A stretch of 64,000 nucleotides of DNA from a bacterium. Its GTDB lineage: Bacteria > Patescibacteriota > Saccharimonadia > CAILAD01 > GCA-016700035. How positions within the stretch are numbered: position 1 is the stretch's first letter; each line of letters begins with the position of its first letter. The DNA lies in assembly GCA_020854115.1 (NCBI GenBank), contig JADZGC010000004.1, forward strand, positions 1,665 through 65,664, in the 5' to 3' direction. Shown here piece by piece: positions 19,225-29,058 of the stretch. The notes below the pieces were generated by a model. It was not told the DNA's origin. It saw nothing but the letters and a program-made list of their open reading frames with translations, and ran no database searches. The position numbers and the translations under genes are program-made.

Positions 19225-19883
19225 AGCAGTATCATACACTTATCACGCTGATTATTGCCGGCCTACTCACCATTTTGTTTGTGGTTGGATATGGCATCAT
19301 GGTCACACCAAATGATAAACAAGCTAAATTGTATGACCAGCAGCGCGAAAAAGATTTTACGAAGCTCAAGTCCTCGATCCAGACCTACTATACTTCGAAA
19401 CGAGAACTTCCCAAGACTCTTGTGAGCCTTACGCAAGAAGATGGATCTGGCGGTAGTGATCTGTCAGGGAATGCATTTCTCGATGGTTTGCTCGGCTCGT
19501 TCGCGGGCTTATCGATTCGCGATCCGCAGACAAACAAAGAATATGAGTATAAGTATGATAATCAATCGAGCAAAGAATACCAGCTGTGTGCGAAGTTTGC
19601 GAAATCAAACGAAGAAGGTGATAAGAAGATAAAGCCAACTCCTACGCCATCATATTTGAGGAAGACAACACAGAGTATTGTCGTAAAGCACGGTGCTGGT
19701 GATCAGTGTATCAAGTTCACTATCTCTGAGCAGAAAACTGATGATGACTATATTCCTTTTATCCAGACTGCCCCACGATCAGACGATGCGGAGCTGTCGC
19801 CAGAAGAAGAACAACGTTTATCTCAAGAACTTGGAGACCAGCCGAAGAGTTCGCCAACGCCGAAGATAACCCCAGCTTTCTAG
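19221..19883 (+). CDS. Membrane-anchored pseudopilin (GspG)-like domain protein
   Basis: TM helix, 'IQTYY....LPKTL', 'DPQTNKEYEY', 'YQLCAKF'; ATGA overlap with upstream gene. Confidence 0.6.
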   Translation: MKQYHTLITLIIAGLLTILFVVGYGIMVTPNDKQAKLYDQQREKDFTKLKSSIQTYYTSKRELPKTLVSLTQEDGSGGSDLSGNAFLDGLLGSFAGLSIRDPQTNKEYEYKYDNQSSKEYQLCAKFAKSNEEGDKKIKPTPTPSYLRKTTQSIVVKHGAGDQCIKFTISEQKTDDDYIPFIQTAPRSDDAELSPEEEQRLSQELGDQPKSSPTPKITPAF

Positions 19884-19943
19884 TCATAAAGAAATACCCC
19901 CAGGCATTAAGTCTGAGGGGAGGGGTGATCGATTCTTTTTTGG

Positions 19944-20330
19944 CTACGCTCGCCTTTTGCCTGAGAGGATACGCATCAAGCAGAGGGCATTCTCCCAGCC
20001 TTGCGCGTCCGGACGGAATCGAGCAATGATCGGTCCTGCTTCTAGGAAGTGAGGATCGAGCTGACGCATATTGCGCAACTCAGTCTCGGTTACTCCTTTG
20101 AGGACGATGATTTTCTTACCCTCGAAGTTCGTACAGTCGGGGTAAAACACGAGAACGCCCAAGTAGATACCCATCTGCTTCACCCGTTCGATCTTGAAGT
20201 TGAGTGGGTTTGGGTTTGGTGGAGCTGTTGTTATATCGGGCTTTCTTATCGCGCCGATTGGAGAGGTATGACGACTGCAGTCGCACGAGTGCTCTAAGCC
20301 GTGGCCTCTGGCGATGAAGTTCAGTCCCAT
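19944..20330 (-). CDS. Hypothetical protein (possibly phage-related family)
   Basis: SD AAGGA; 'YPDCTNFEGKKI...LDPHF...IARF.P...GW' block looks conserved; co-oriented with HD gene. Confidence 0.6.
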   Translation of the reverse strand: MGLNFIARGHGLEHSCDCSRHTSPIGAIRKPDITTAPPNPNPLNFKIERVKQMGIYLGVLVFYPDCTNFEGKKIIVLKGVTETELRNMRQLDPHFLEAGPIIARFRPDAQGWENALCLMRILSGKRRA

Positions 20331-20342
20331 GAGAGAACTTCC

Positions 20343-20981
20343 TTAGGTGTACAGCGCACGCTCGCGCTCGAGGCTGGATCGCGCCACTTGCTCGTACCGC
20401 TCTTGCATTCGTTCGGTCTGAAAGATGAAAGGTCGAGCGAGAAAGCGTTCGATGAAAATTTTACGACCAAGCTCCCAGAGATTGTCAGGGTATTGCTCAA
20501 ACTCTCGTCGAATGAGCGCCGTGCCACGCGCATATTCTTCTGGATCGGCGGCGAGCGAGAGTAGGTCGAGATCACAAACGATCGCAGAGTTGGCATCTGT
20601 TGCTAGATGGCTCTCAGTGGCACGGACGAGAGGAGCTGCAGTTTTCACAACCGTATCGTCTGCAAATACTTGGTGCGCGGCTGGACCATGGGCCGACAGC
20701 AAATGGAGCATTAGCTTGGCGCTCATGCGCTCGTTGAGCTTGAAGCCAGGGTAGTACACGATATCATGAAACCATAGCGCAAGCTTTACCTCGGTTGGGG
20801 CATCGGGGGAGTACTGCTCTTGGTAGGTGAGCACTCGATCGATATGGTCGAAGCTGTGATAGTGTCGACCTGCTCCATCATACTGGCTCTTGATGGCGTC
20901 ATACACTCTTAGGCACATGCTGGGACTGGCCGGCGAGCCACTGGTCAAGTCTGCCCATCGCTGCATCATGTGGTTTTTCAT
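20343..20981 (-). CDS. HD-superfamily metal-dependent phosphohydrolase (COG4339-like)
   Basis: RHYH, ALWFHDIVY, NERMSA, DLDL, IRREF motifs; SD GGAGG before ATG 20981. Confidence 0.85.
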   Translation of the reverse strand: MKNHMMQRWADLTSGSPASPSMCLRVYDAIKSQYDGAGRHYHSFDHIDRVLTYQEQYSPDAPTEVKLALWFHDIVYYPGFKLNERMSAKLMLHLLSAHGPAAHQVFADDTVVKTAAPLVRATESHLATDANSAIVCDLDLLSLAADPEEYARGTALIRREFEQYPDNLWELGRKIFIERFLARPFIFQTERMQERYEQVARSSLERERALYT

Positions 20982-21106
20982 CTTTACCTCCTGTAGTCTT
21001 TTTGTCAAAGGACATCTTGAATATAGCGAGCTGAAAGAGTATTGTTAACTGTGTATAGTAATGATTAGACAAATTACATAATATATCTCAAGAAAAATCC
21101 ATCAAT

Positions 21107-21868
21107 ATGCTTGACCCACGTTCATTACTCGCGCGCCTTGATCTGTCAGAATCAGAAATCGACGCATATTTAGCTTTACTAAATGGGGCTCAGAGCGCAC
21201 GTGAGATCGTGCAAACTACAGGGCGAAGTAGACCGACCGTATATTATGCGCTGACAGCCCTTGAACGCAGGGGATTACTATCGAAGACTGGCCTTGATGA
21301 CGAGCAAAGCTTCCGGATAGAGCCTTTGAGTCGTCTGCAAACTATTGTGCGACACAAGCAGCAAGAGGTAGAGTCCTTAGAAAGTGAACTGGAAGCCTTC
21401 GCCGCGCAATTCCAGCAGTCCGATAAGGCTGATCATAAGCCTAATGTGGCATTCTATGAAGGGGTGAGTGCGGTACGCAGTGTCATTATGGAGACAGTAT
21501 ATTGTCACTCGAGGCAAATTGATACGCTGGTTCCTACCCGCAATTTCTTTTGGCAGTTTGGTCCCGATTTTGTTGAGAAATATGTAGAACTGCGCCATAC
21601 GCTCGGCGTGAAGACTCACAACCTATGGCAGGAGCCGGTTGACCAGGCGATTATCGATCAGTTTTATGATAAGGCAGAGATACGACTAATGCCCGGCGGG
21701 CTGGGGGATCGCTTTCGCACTACTGTCTTTATGTATGATGACTGTGTTTTGTATATATCGTCCTTGGCAAGTGGCTACGCATTACTCGTGCGTTCGCCTG
21801 AACACCGTGAGCTGATGCGAGAGCTATACGGGGTAGTTTGGGAGTTATCTAAATCATTGACTACATAA
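21107..21868 (+). CDS. TrmB-family HTH transcriptional regulator
   Basis: L.LSESEIDAYLALL, RPTVY..L..L..GL winged HTH, coiled coil, 'FYEG' effector domain. Confidence 0.88.
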   Translation: MLDPRSLLARLDLSESEIDAYLALLNGAQSAREIVQTTGRSRPTVYYALTALERRGLLSKTGLDDEQSFRIEPLSRLQTIVRHKQQEVESLESELEAFAAQFQQSDKADHKPNVAFYEGVSAVRSVIMETVYCHSRQIDTLVPTRNFFWQFGPDFVEKYVELRHTLGVKTHNLWQEPVDQAIIDQFYDKAEIRLMPGGLGDRFRTTVFMYDDCVLYISSLASGYALLVRSPEHRELMRELYGVVWELSKSLTT

Positions 21869-21950
21869 TGTGTACGAAATGATTGAATTCGTAACGTAGT
21901 AATTCTAGAGCAGTAGTAGCTGTAGGACATTCTAAAATCCAGACAGAAGA

Positions 21951-23348
21951 CTAAAAAGTCTTGTCTCCATATCTGATGAGGTAGTACGTGTAAGCATCTC
22001 CGACATATTGTATCTCGCTGTTTGGTCGATTTGATTTCGCTGCTTCAATCAAATCTGGGCGTATATGTTCATCAAATGAAGGGCCTGCAATTTGAATGAA
22101 TTGTGTGTGATAATGCCACAGAAATAGGCTAGTGACGATAGCATATACGAGCAGTACTGGTTTCCAGTAGTTTGCGCCAGCGTGGATTATCCGGGAAAGC
22201 CCCCAACCCATGAGAAGTGCATAAAATGGCCAAGCTGATATAGCACGCAGACTGTGTGGTTGACCCTCCCAGGTAAGAGCAGAACCGAGATATGAGGCAA
22301 GAATGCTTACAATAATAATCACAAAAAGTAGTCGTGTGCTGTTCTTTCCCTTTCCTTTTGGCTGCTTTTTCTTTTTCTGAAAGAGTAGTGCTAAAGCGCC
22401 GATCAGGATACTGAACGAGCCTAGGCCGAGCATGCCGGTCTGTGTGCCGTGGCGTAAGTTGCTATCGCCGGAGAAAAAGAGGAAGACGGGATTAGATAGT
22501 TGGAGCATATTCTTGCCGGCCAGCATGACGCCACCCCAGAACCCCTCGACGCCAAAGGCTTCTCGCGCTCCGGGTCCCCAGACGGTTAGAAACCCAGCAC
22601 GACCAAGCGCAGTGGGGGTGAGGCTGAACTGCAATAAAGGAACCATCGATAGAGCAGCAAGAATTCCGCCGAGAACCATGGACACCCAGTGGGATTTGAT
22701 GTGCTTCCACAGCGAGAGGACAAAGATTGGGCCGAGTATAGCGACAGTGATTCTGGTCGGAGGATAGGTGTAGGCCGCACCGACAAATCCGGCTAGCATA
22801 ATTCCCCAAGCGACAGTACTCCATCCACGCGTCCGGATGTATGACCACCCAGCCAACGTAAGGCTTATCCAGAATGGAATGAGCGCTGGGTCCCAAGCCA
22901 GTACTCCTTGATGCCATGACCAGGGTATCAAGCTCGCGACCAGGCCGGTGACTATTGCTGCCTCACGACCCCACCATAAGTATGTGACGTACATTAGTAT
23001 GGCGATGGCAAGCAGCGTGTAGAAAAGGGAGTGGAGCCGGAATGCATATTCACTATCACCGAATACTGCAGACCATACGACTCCGCTGTACATATACGTG
23101 GGCGTTACAAACCCCCCGCCGCCAGCGAGTGTGTAGAGCGGAAATGATTCTTGTCGCAGATTTCTACCGGTTTCACGCACACTGATGATATTTGCTGCGC
23201 CGATGGCCTCATCTACGTAAAATCCTGGGGGTGAATACACCAGGGCGATGGGGCGAGCAAGGGTTATTAGTATGAGGGCTGCGAGCAGGAGACTATGTAT
23301 GATATTTAGCTTCGAGTTATTGGCGCTCTTTTTTGTGCGTTGAGTCAT
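21951..23348 (-). CDS. GT-C/GT39 (ArnT/PMT-like) membrane glycosyltransferase
   Basis: PPGFYVDEA, FG.SEYAFRL, FLFFSGDSNLRH motifs; multi-TM. Confidence 0.8.
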   Translation of the reverse strand: MTQRTKKSANNSKLNIIHSLLLAALILITLARPIALVYSPPGFYVDEAIGAANIISVRETGRNLRQESFPLYTLAGGGGFVTPTYMYSGVVWSAVFGDSEYAFRLHSLFYTLLAIAILMYVTYLWWGREAAIVTGLVASLIPWSWHQGVLAWDPALIPFWISLTLAGWSYIRTRGWSTVAWGIMLAGFVGAAYTYPPTRITVAILGPIFVLSLWKHIKSHWVSMVLGGILAALSMVPLLQFSLTPTALGRAGFLTVWGPGAREAFGVEGFWGGVMLAGKNMLQLSNPVFLFFSGDSNLRHGTQTGMLGLGSFSILIGALALLFQKKKKQPKGKGKNSTRLLFVIIIVSILASYLGSALTWEGQPHSLRAISAWPFYALLMGWGLSRIIHAGANYWKPVLLVYAIVTSLFLWHYHTQFIQIAGPSFDEHIRPDLIEAAKSNRPNSEIQYVGDAYTYYLIRYGDKTF

Positions 23349-23424
23349 ACCTTGATACTAACATAAAAGCATAAGCACGATGCGATTTTGGCTGCATCGT
23401 GCTTGGTTGTTGCTTGGCTATTGG

Positions 23425-24651
23425 TTACCGACCGATGAAGGTCAGTGCTTTACCGACATTGCCAGCTCGACCGGTTCGGCCGATTCGATGAATGTAGTCG
23501 TCGTAGGTGTTTGGCTGATCGAAGTTGATGACGTGGCTTACATTAGGAATGTCGATACCGCGTGCGGCTACATCAGTAGCTACCAGAACGCGAGCTTTGC
23601 CATCACGAAATGCTTGGAGTGCGCGCTGGCGTTGTGGTTGAGACTTATTGCCGTGGATTGCTTCGGCGCGAATACCGTCTTTGGTGAGAGAGTCTGCAAG
23701 CCGTTGTACACCGAACTTTGTCTCGCCGAAGACGAGCACTTTCTCAAATTCTGGTTGATTGAGTAGCCCATTCAGGATTTCAAGCTTCTCCTCCTTGGAG
23801 CTCGCACGAACCACATCTTGGTCGACGTGCTCGCTAGTCTCCTTCGTACGCACCGATACAGTGACAGGATTGGTCAGCAGGCGGTCCATGAGACCCTGAA
23901 TTGTCGGGGTGATAGTAGCACTAAAGCACAGCGACTGGCGCTTGGCGGGAAGTTGATCGAGAAGGAAGTTGATGTCCTTGATGAATCCCATATCGAGCAT
24001 GTGATCAGCCTCGTCTAGAACGACGATTGCAACGTGATTGAGTCGAAGTGTACGCTGGTTGAAGAGGTCCTTCAGGCGACCAGGGGTGCCGATCACTACC
24101 TGTGGGCGACGCTGGAGGGCGGCAATTTGGCGACCGATAGGCATTCCACCGAGACAGAGAGCTGTATAGATACCGAGGCCCTTTGAAAATGATTTGATTT
24201 CATTATCTATCTGCAGGGCTAGCTCACGCGTCGGAGCAACGATAAGTGCAGTTGAACCTTTAGCGTCAGTCATGAGGCGCTGTAGAATAGGGAGGGCGAA
24301 GGCGGCTGTCTTACCGGTGCCGGTATTCGCGAGGCCGATGACGTCCTTACCTTCGAGGGCGGCATGAATCGATCCGTCTTGAATGGCGGTCGGGGCAGTG
24401 TAGCCTTTGTGCAGGATGTTCTTCAGGAGGTCTTCGCGGAAACCGAAGTCGCTAAAGGCGTGCTGAGGAGTAAATACAATCTCTTCGGCTGGTCCAGTGA
24501 CCTTATTGATGAAGCGGTCAGGATTGATGTATTGCCCGCTGCGGCGAGGGCGGCTATTTTCACGTCGAGTGTGATTAAATGGTTTATTTCGATTTGGGCG
24601 CATAGAATTGCGTCCGCTGTGGCGAGTGCCGCCAAACGAGTGTCGTGGCAT
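23425..24651 (-). CDS. DEAD-box RNA helicase
   Basis: ANTGTGKT, PTRELA, TPGRL, DEAD, SAT, ARGID, HRIGRTGRAG. Confidence 0.96.
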   Translation of the reverse strand: MPRHSFGGTRHSGRNSMRPNRNKPFNHTRRENSRPRRSGQYINPDRFINKVTGPAEEIVFTPQHAFSDFGFREDLLKNILHKGYTAPTAIQDGSIHAALEGKDVIGLANTGTGKTAAFALPILQRLMTDAKGSTALIVAPTRELALQIDNEIKSFSKGLGIYTALCLGGMPIGRQIAALQRRPQVVIGTPGRLKDLFNQRTLRLNHVAIVVLDEADHMLDMGFIKDINFLLDQLPAKRQSLCFSATITPTIQGLMDRLLTNPVTVSVRTKETSEHVDQDVVRASSKEEKLEILNGLLNQPEFEKVLVFGETKFGVQRLADSLTKDGIRAEAIHGNKSQPQRQRALQAFRDGKARVLVATDVAARGIDIPNVSHVINFDQPNTYDDYIHRIGRTGRAGNVGKALTFIGR

Positions 24652-24790
24652 GAATATCTTTCTTGTGTTATTGATCTATTCTTGACTGATGAACGGGCGA
24701 GATTAGATCAATAACTCGATATTCATCACGATACTTTCATATCGAGAATCATTATAGCATAAGAGATAGGGATTGTCTAATATATATCAA

Positions 24791-24844
24791 GGTTCAAGAC
24801 TAGTTTAGAAGCCCTGTAGTATGCTTCTAAACTAGTCTTGAACC
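24791..24844. repeat. Perfect 22-bp inverted repeat with 10-nt loop
   Basis: GGTTCAAGACTAGTTTAGAAGC-cctgtagtat-GCTTCTAAACTAGTCTTGAACC. Confidence 0.9.
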
Positions 24845-24885
24845 ACAAATAAAAACCCCCTGATAACATCCGGGGTTTACAGTAT

Positions 24886-24962
24886 TGGCGGGCCCGACCG
24901 GATTCGAACCGGCGATCTCCTCCGTGACAGGGAGGCATGTTAGGCCTCTACACCACGGGCCC
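24886..24962 (-). tRNA. tRNA-Asp(GTC)
   Basis: Cloverleaf with CCTCC-CTGTCAC-GGAGG arm, CCA end; promoter TTGAAT-17-TACTAT upstream. Confidence 0.96.
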
Positions 24963-25266
24963 GCATTTGAACCTGGCTATAGTAACAGATTTGTGTGGGC
25001 AATTCAATCCTGGGCGCTTGCTAGGAGAATCTGAGTACAGCGTGTCAAAAAACGAACAAAAAAAGTATTATACGATATATGAATGCACTAAAGAGTACAA
25101 AAAATACTCAAAAATACGAATACACAAATGGAACGAAATTAAGAACCCAGAGAACAATACTATAGTAGCGGTTGGATTGCATACTCGATACGTTGTAATA
25201 ATCCGCAATTTCATTGAGTCGCAGGGGAGTGATATGATACAATCCACCAGTCATTCTTATCTGTTG

Positions 25267-25340
25267 GCGGGTATAGTTTAGTGGTAGAATGCGACCTTCC
25301 CAAGGTTGAGATACGGGTTCGATTCCCGTTACCCGCTCCA
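25267..25340 (+). tRNA. tRNA-Gly(CCC)
   Basis: GCGGGTA...TACCCGC-TCCA; arm CGACC-TTCCCAA-GGTTG. Confidence 0.96.
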
Positions 25341-25355
25341 AAGAAAGCTCAATGT

Positions 25356-25432
25356 GCCGATGTAGCTCAGCTGGCTAGAGCACCACTTTCGTAAAGTGGG
25401 GGTCGCGGGTTCGAGTCCCGCCATCGGCTCCA
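25356..25432 (+). tRNA. tRNA-Thr(CGT)
   Basis: GCCGATG...CATCGGC-TCCA; arm CCACT-TTCGTAA-AGTGG. Confidence 0.96.
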
Positions 25433-25451
25433 GTACATCTCCTAGAAGGGG

Positions 25452-25892
25452 ATGTTGTTGGATAGAAAACAGTACAGCTTTAAACATAAAAGCTGTATAC
25501 TATTGCCAGATATGCGGCGCGTAGCTCATCAACTTTTTGATCAGGGTGGCATAGGTCAGAATAACTGGCTTGTTGCAATCTTGCTTTTTGTGTTTCTCAT
25601 TAATCTTATAAACACCGGTATTGCTATCTTTACGGTTCACCCGATGTCGGTGCAGGTACCGATTCGGTATTCAACTCTCACGGCATTCGATAAGCTGGGG
25701 AATTGGCAACTATTGTATATCTTGCCAACTGCTTCCTGGTTGGTCTCGATCGTAAATACCTTTTTGGCGCAGGCCACCTATCGTCGCAGTCGCATTACGA
25801 GCTTTATGCTGGTGATAGCAAGTCTGGGGCTGAGTTTGCTAATGATGCAGATTCTTTTACTCTATACAGGAGTGACTCATGGCGCGCGTTAA
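25452..25892 (+). CDS. Hypothetical 3-TM membrane protein (start may be ATG 25512)
   Basis: Hydrophobic ORF, 'VPIRY...G.W..LY.LP'; overlaps start of GT2 gene. Confidence 0.65.
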   Translation: MLLDRKQYSFKHKSCILLPDMRRVAHQLFDQGGIGQNNWLVAILLFVFLINLINTGIAIFTVHPMSVQVPIRYSTLTAFDKLGNWQLLYILPTASWLVSIVNTFLAQATYRRSRITSFMLVIASLGLSLLMMQILLLYTGVTHGAR

Positions 25893-27564
25893 TTCACTGA
25901 CAGGGAGTGGGCTGAAGGTGCCGCATCTAGTGGTGAGATTATTAGAGATACTACCAGGGGCCTTCACCTGGTTGACTTTGCTTTTGCCGGTAATCCTATC
26001 GATGTACGCACCATTTGTTGTTGCATATTTCATCATCGCCCTCGACCTCTATTGGCTTTTGAAGTCATTCCGTATGTCAGCTGCCCTCATCGCCGGCTAT
26101 CATCGCTTGAAGGCATCAATGCGCATAGTGTGGTCTGAGCGCTTAGACCGTCTCGAAGCTGGGAAGCAATCGGTTGGAGAGCTACAGGCTCTCATTGCCG
26201 AAGCACGATCGCAGACGCCATGGCTATGGTTTTTGACACTACGTGGTAGGAGACAACATGAGCAGCTGCTGCAGTATGAGATAGAGTCCGAAAAGCTCGA
26301 TGCATATCTTATGCAGCAACATCGCGTGAGACCTTCAGACGTACACCACGTTGTAATTATTGCAACATATAATGAAACACTTGATACATTGCGCCCGACA
26401 CTCCAGTCACTAACCCAGGTTGCGTATGACAATCGAAAGCTCATTATTGTTTTAGCCTATGAAGAACGAGGAGGTATCGTCGATAGGGAGCGCATGGATG
26501 TGTTGAAGCGCGAGTATAGTGGGAAGTTTGAACGCTTCTTTACTATCGAGCATCCGGATGGCTTGGCTGGAGAGCTGAAGGGTAAGGGCGCGAATATTAC
26601 CCATGCCGCACGCCAGCTTCTGTCGAAGCTTAAAGAAATGAATCTAAACCCTCGTGATGTATTAGTTACTACATTAGACGCAGATCACCGTCCTGACCCA
26701 AATTATTTTTCAGCCCTTACATATGGGTATGTAACCAATCAAAAAGGGAAGTTTACTTCGTTCCAGCCGGTCCCAATGTTTTATAACAATATCTGGGATG
26801 CACCTGCACCAATGCGTGTGATTGCGACTGGCAACTCATTCTGGGTGATCATTAACTCTATGCGCCCGCAGCTCTTGCGTAATTTTGCAGCCCATTCTCA
26901 GTCTTTGCAGGCGCTGATCGATACTGAATTCTGGTCAGTTACATCTCCCGTAGAGGATGGCCATCAATACTGGCGAACTTTCTTTCGCTTCCATGGTGAG
27001 CATGTCGTTGAGCCGTTGTTTGTGCCGATCTACCAAGACGCAACGCTATCTCGTAAGTATCTTTCTACGTACATGAATCAGTATCTGCAGCTTCGTCGTT
27101 GGGCGTATGGAGTCTCGGACATTCCGTACGTAATTGCGCAGTGTTTCCAGCACCCCGAAATACCGCTCGGCAAGCGCTGGATTCAGTTCTGGCGACTCTT
27201 CGAAGGGCACTATTCATGGGCGACTACGCCGTTTATCTTGACCTTTGTAGCTTGGATGCCGCTCTACTTTAGCCCGACGTTTAAGAACACTGTGTTGGCG
27301 CACCAGCTACCGATCATAGCTAGTCAGATTATGACTGTCGCAATGATTGGCTTGAGCATCACCATCTGGATTTCGTTGCTTTCATTACCACCTCGTCCGC
27401 ATCGATATACCTGGCGCAGGAATGTAGCAATGCTGCTCCAGTGGGCACTGCTTCCAGTCGTGTCGCTTGGTTTTGGGTCGACGGCCGCGATTGATGCGCA
27501 GACTCGATTGATGCTGGGTAAGTACCTTGGCTTTCGCGTCACAGAGAAGGCCGTGAAGACATGA
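25879..27564 (+). CDS. Membrane GT2 glycosyltransferase (processive type)
   Basis: GKGAN, DAD, EDG and QLRRW motifs flanked by TM helices. Confidence 0.88.
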   Translation: MARVNSLTGSGLKVPHLVVRLLEILPGAFTWLTLLLPVILSMYAPFVVAYFIIALDLYWLLKSFRMSAALIAGYHRLKASMRIVWSERLDRLEAGKQSVGELQALIAEARSQTPWLWFLTLRGRRQHEQLLQYEIESEKLDAYLMQQHRVRPSDVHHVVIIATYNETLDTLRPTLQSLTQVAYDNRKLIIVLAYEERGGIVDRERMDVLKREYSGKFERFFTIEHPDGLAGELKGKGANITHAARQLLSKLKEMNLNPRDVLVTTLDADHRPDPNYFSALTYGYVTNQKGKFTSFQPVPMFYNNIWDAPAPMRVIATGNSFWVIINSMRPQLLRNFAAHSQSLQALIDTEFWSVTSPVEDGHQYWRTFFRFHGEHVVEPLFVPIYQDATLSRKYLSTYMNQYLQLRRWAYGVSDIPYVIAQCFQHPEIPLGKRWIQFWRLFEGHYSWATTPFILTFVAWMPLYFSPTFKNTVLAHQLPIIASQIMTVAMIGLSITIWISLLSLPPRPHRYTWRRNVAMLLQWALLPVVSLGFGSTAAIDAQTRLMLGKYLGFRVTEKAVKT

Positions 27565-28619
27565 GCTGGTTCGTATATCTCCTCATCACACTTCCACTTG
27601 GCTTTTTGTCTGTTGTGGGGCTTGTACCGGTACTGTCCCGCCTGGCTATCAAGTATGGTGCTGTAGATGATCCAAAGGAAGCATCGCGCAAAGTACACAC
27701 ACGCGTTACACCGCGTATTGGGGGAGTTGCATTATTTGGCACATTCTTCCTGCTTGCACCTCTGCTTGTACGACCGTTGCCCGTAAGTTTTCTGGGACTG
27801 TTTATCGCCTGTGCTCTGGTATTCGGAATAGGTCTATATGATGATTTTCGCCGCGTGAACCCCTGGACGAAGTTACTCGTACAAATTGTAGCTGCCATCA
27901 CTGCTGTTGTCGGGTTTGGGATTCGAGTTGATGTTATCTCCAACCCGTTTGGGCAGCAGCTGATGCTCAATGAATTGTTTGGACCTAGTTTGGCTGCCTC
28001 GGCGATTATTCCGATCGTCATCAGTATCATCTGGTTAGTGGGGATGACGAATACGATTAATTTTCTTGATGGCCTTGATGGGCTGGCTACAGGGGTGAGT
28101 GGGGTGGCGGCTCTGATACTTTTCTTTGTGGCGCTTCTGCCCCGTATCAACCAGCCCGATACTGCCATGATGGCGATTCTGCTACTTGGTGTTTGTCTTG
28201 GTTTTTTGATTTACAATTTTCACCCAGCATCAATATTTCTTGGAGATAGTGGGGCGTATTTCTTAGGTATGTTGCTTGGTTTGCTGTCGATTATCTCTGG
28301 AGCCAAGCTTGCCACAGCGCTGCTTGTGCTCGGGGTGCCTGTGCTGGATGCTGTTTGGGCGGTGGTGCGACGATTGGCTACTGGTAGATCACCGTTTTCG
28401 GCTGATCGAGGGCATATCCACCATTTGCTGCTCGATGTTGGATTTACGCAGACACAGGCCGTGCTCTTGATTTACGCCTTGGCACTTATATTTGGCTTAG
28501 TAGCATTGATCGGGGATGGTCGTGCGAAAGTAATTGCGCTGACATGCTTATGTATCTTGGTGATATTCGGAGTTGCGGTACTAATGCTCGTGCGTCGTCG
28601 CAGGCGAGTCCACCAATAG
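27561..28619 (+). CDS. WecA/TagO (MraY-family) UDP-GlcNAc:undecaprenyl-P transferase
   Basis: RKVH...PRIGG, GLYDD, NFLDGLDGL, FLGDSG, DRGHIHH. Confidence 0.92.
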   Translation: MSWFVYLLITLPLGFLSVVGLVPVLSRLAIKYGAVDDPKEASRKVHTRVTPRIGGVALFGTFFLLAPLLVRPLPVSFLGLFIACALVFGIGLYDDFRRVNPWTKLLVQIVAAITAVVGFGIRVDVISNPFGQQLMLNELFGPSLAASAIIPIVISIIWLVGMTNTINFLDGLDGLATGVSGVAALILFFVALLPRINQPDTAMMAILLLGVCLGFLIYNFHPASIFLGDSGAYFLGMLLGLLSIISGAKLATALLVLGVPVLDAVWAVVRRLATGRSPFSADRGHIHHLLLDVGFTQTQAVLLIYALALIFGLVALIGDGRAKVIALTCLCILVIFGVAVLMLVRRRRRVHQ

Positions 28620-28634
28620 TCGCCTGATTGACTT

Positions 28635-29030
28635 TTGCTATCTGATTTTGGTATGATTTACGCCAAGAGGGAGTACCGTTTGAGTCCAAGAGCTTTACAG
28701 GAATTGATTAAGAATTTGCGGGTTTTTTACAAATGCCCGTCTTGTTCTGCGGAGTATGAGACCGATGATATCCGCTTTCTGGGAAAGGTCGACCAGCATT
28801 GTTTTATGCAGCTCAATTGCTCGAAGTGTTCGTTGCCCGTTCTTGCCACCGTCTTGCTGTCTGCTCAAGAAGTAAATCACAAGTCACGTCGCAAGCAGAA
28901 GGTACAGCCTTCCAGATCTGGGCTGGGGTTTGATGCCTCAAGGCGCGAACGAACTCGCTTCATGGAGCTCGGTGCTATCTCATCGCAAGAGATCGCGGAC
29001 ATGTACTCATATTTGCGTGATCAAAAGTAA
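28635..29030 (+). CDS. Zinc-ribbon hypothetical protein (start uncertain)
   Basis: CPSC...CSKC motif pair. Confidence 0.6.
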   Translation: MLSDFGMIYAKREYRLSPRALQELIKNLRVFYKCPSCSAEYETDDIRFLGKVDQHCFMQLNCSKCSLPVLATVLLSAQEVNHKSRRKQKVQPSRSGLGFDASRRERTRFMELGAISSQEIADMYSYLRDQK

Positions 29031-29058
29031 AAATTTCTTAGTAAAGGATTAAATAACC

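Noticed and set aside
21080-21091. AATATATCTCAA shared with the tmRNA upstream region (about 54740)
   Set aside because: Short AT-rich match with no shared context; likely chance
25000-25200. A-rich tract between tRNA-Asp and tRNA-Gly as a small membrane-protein gene
   Set aside because: The hydrophobic minus-strand translation follows from T-richness and is broken by TGA; divergent tRNA promoters explain the region
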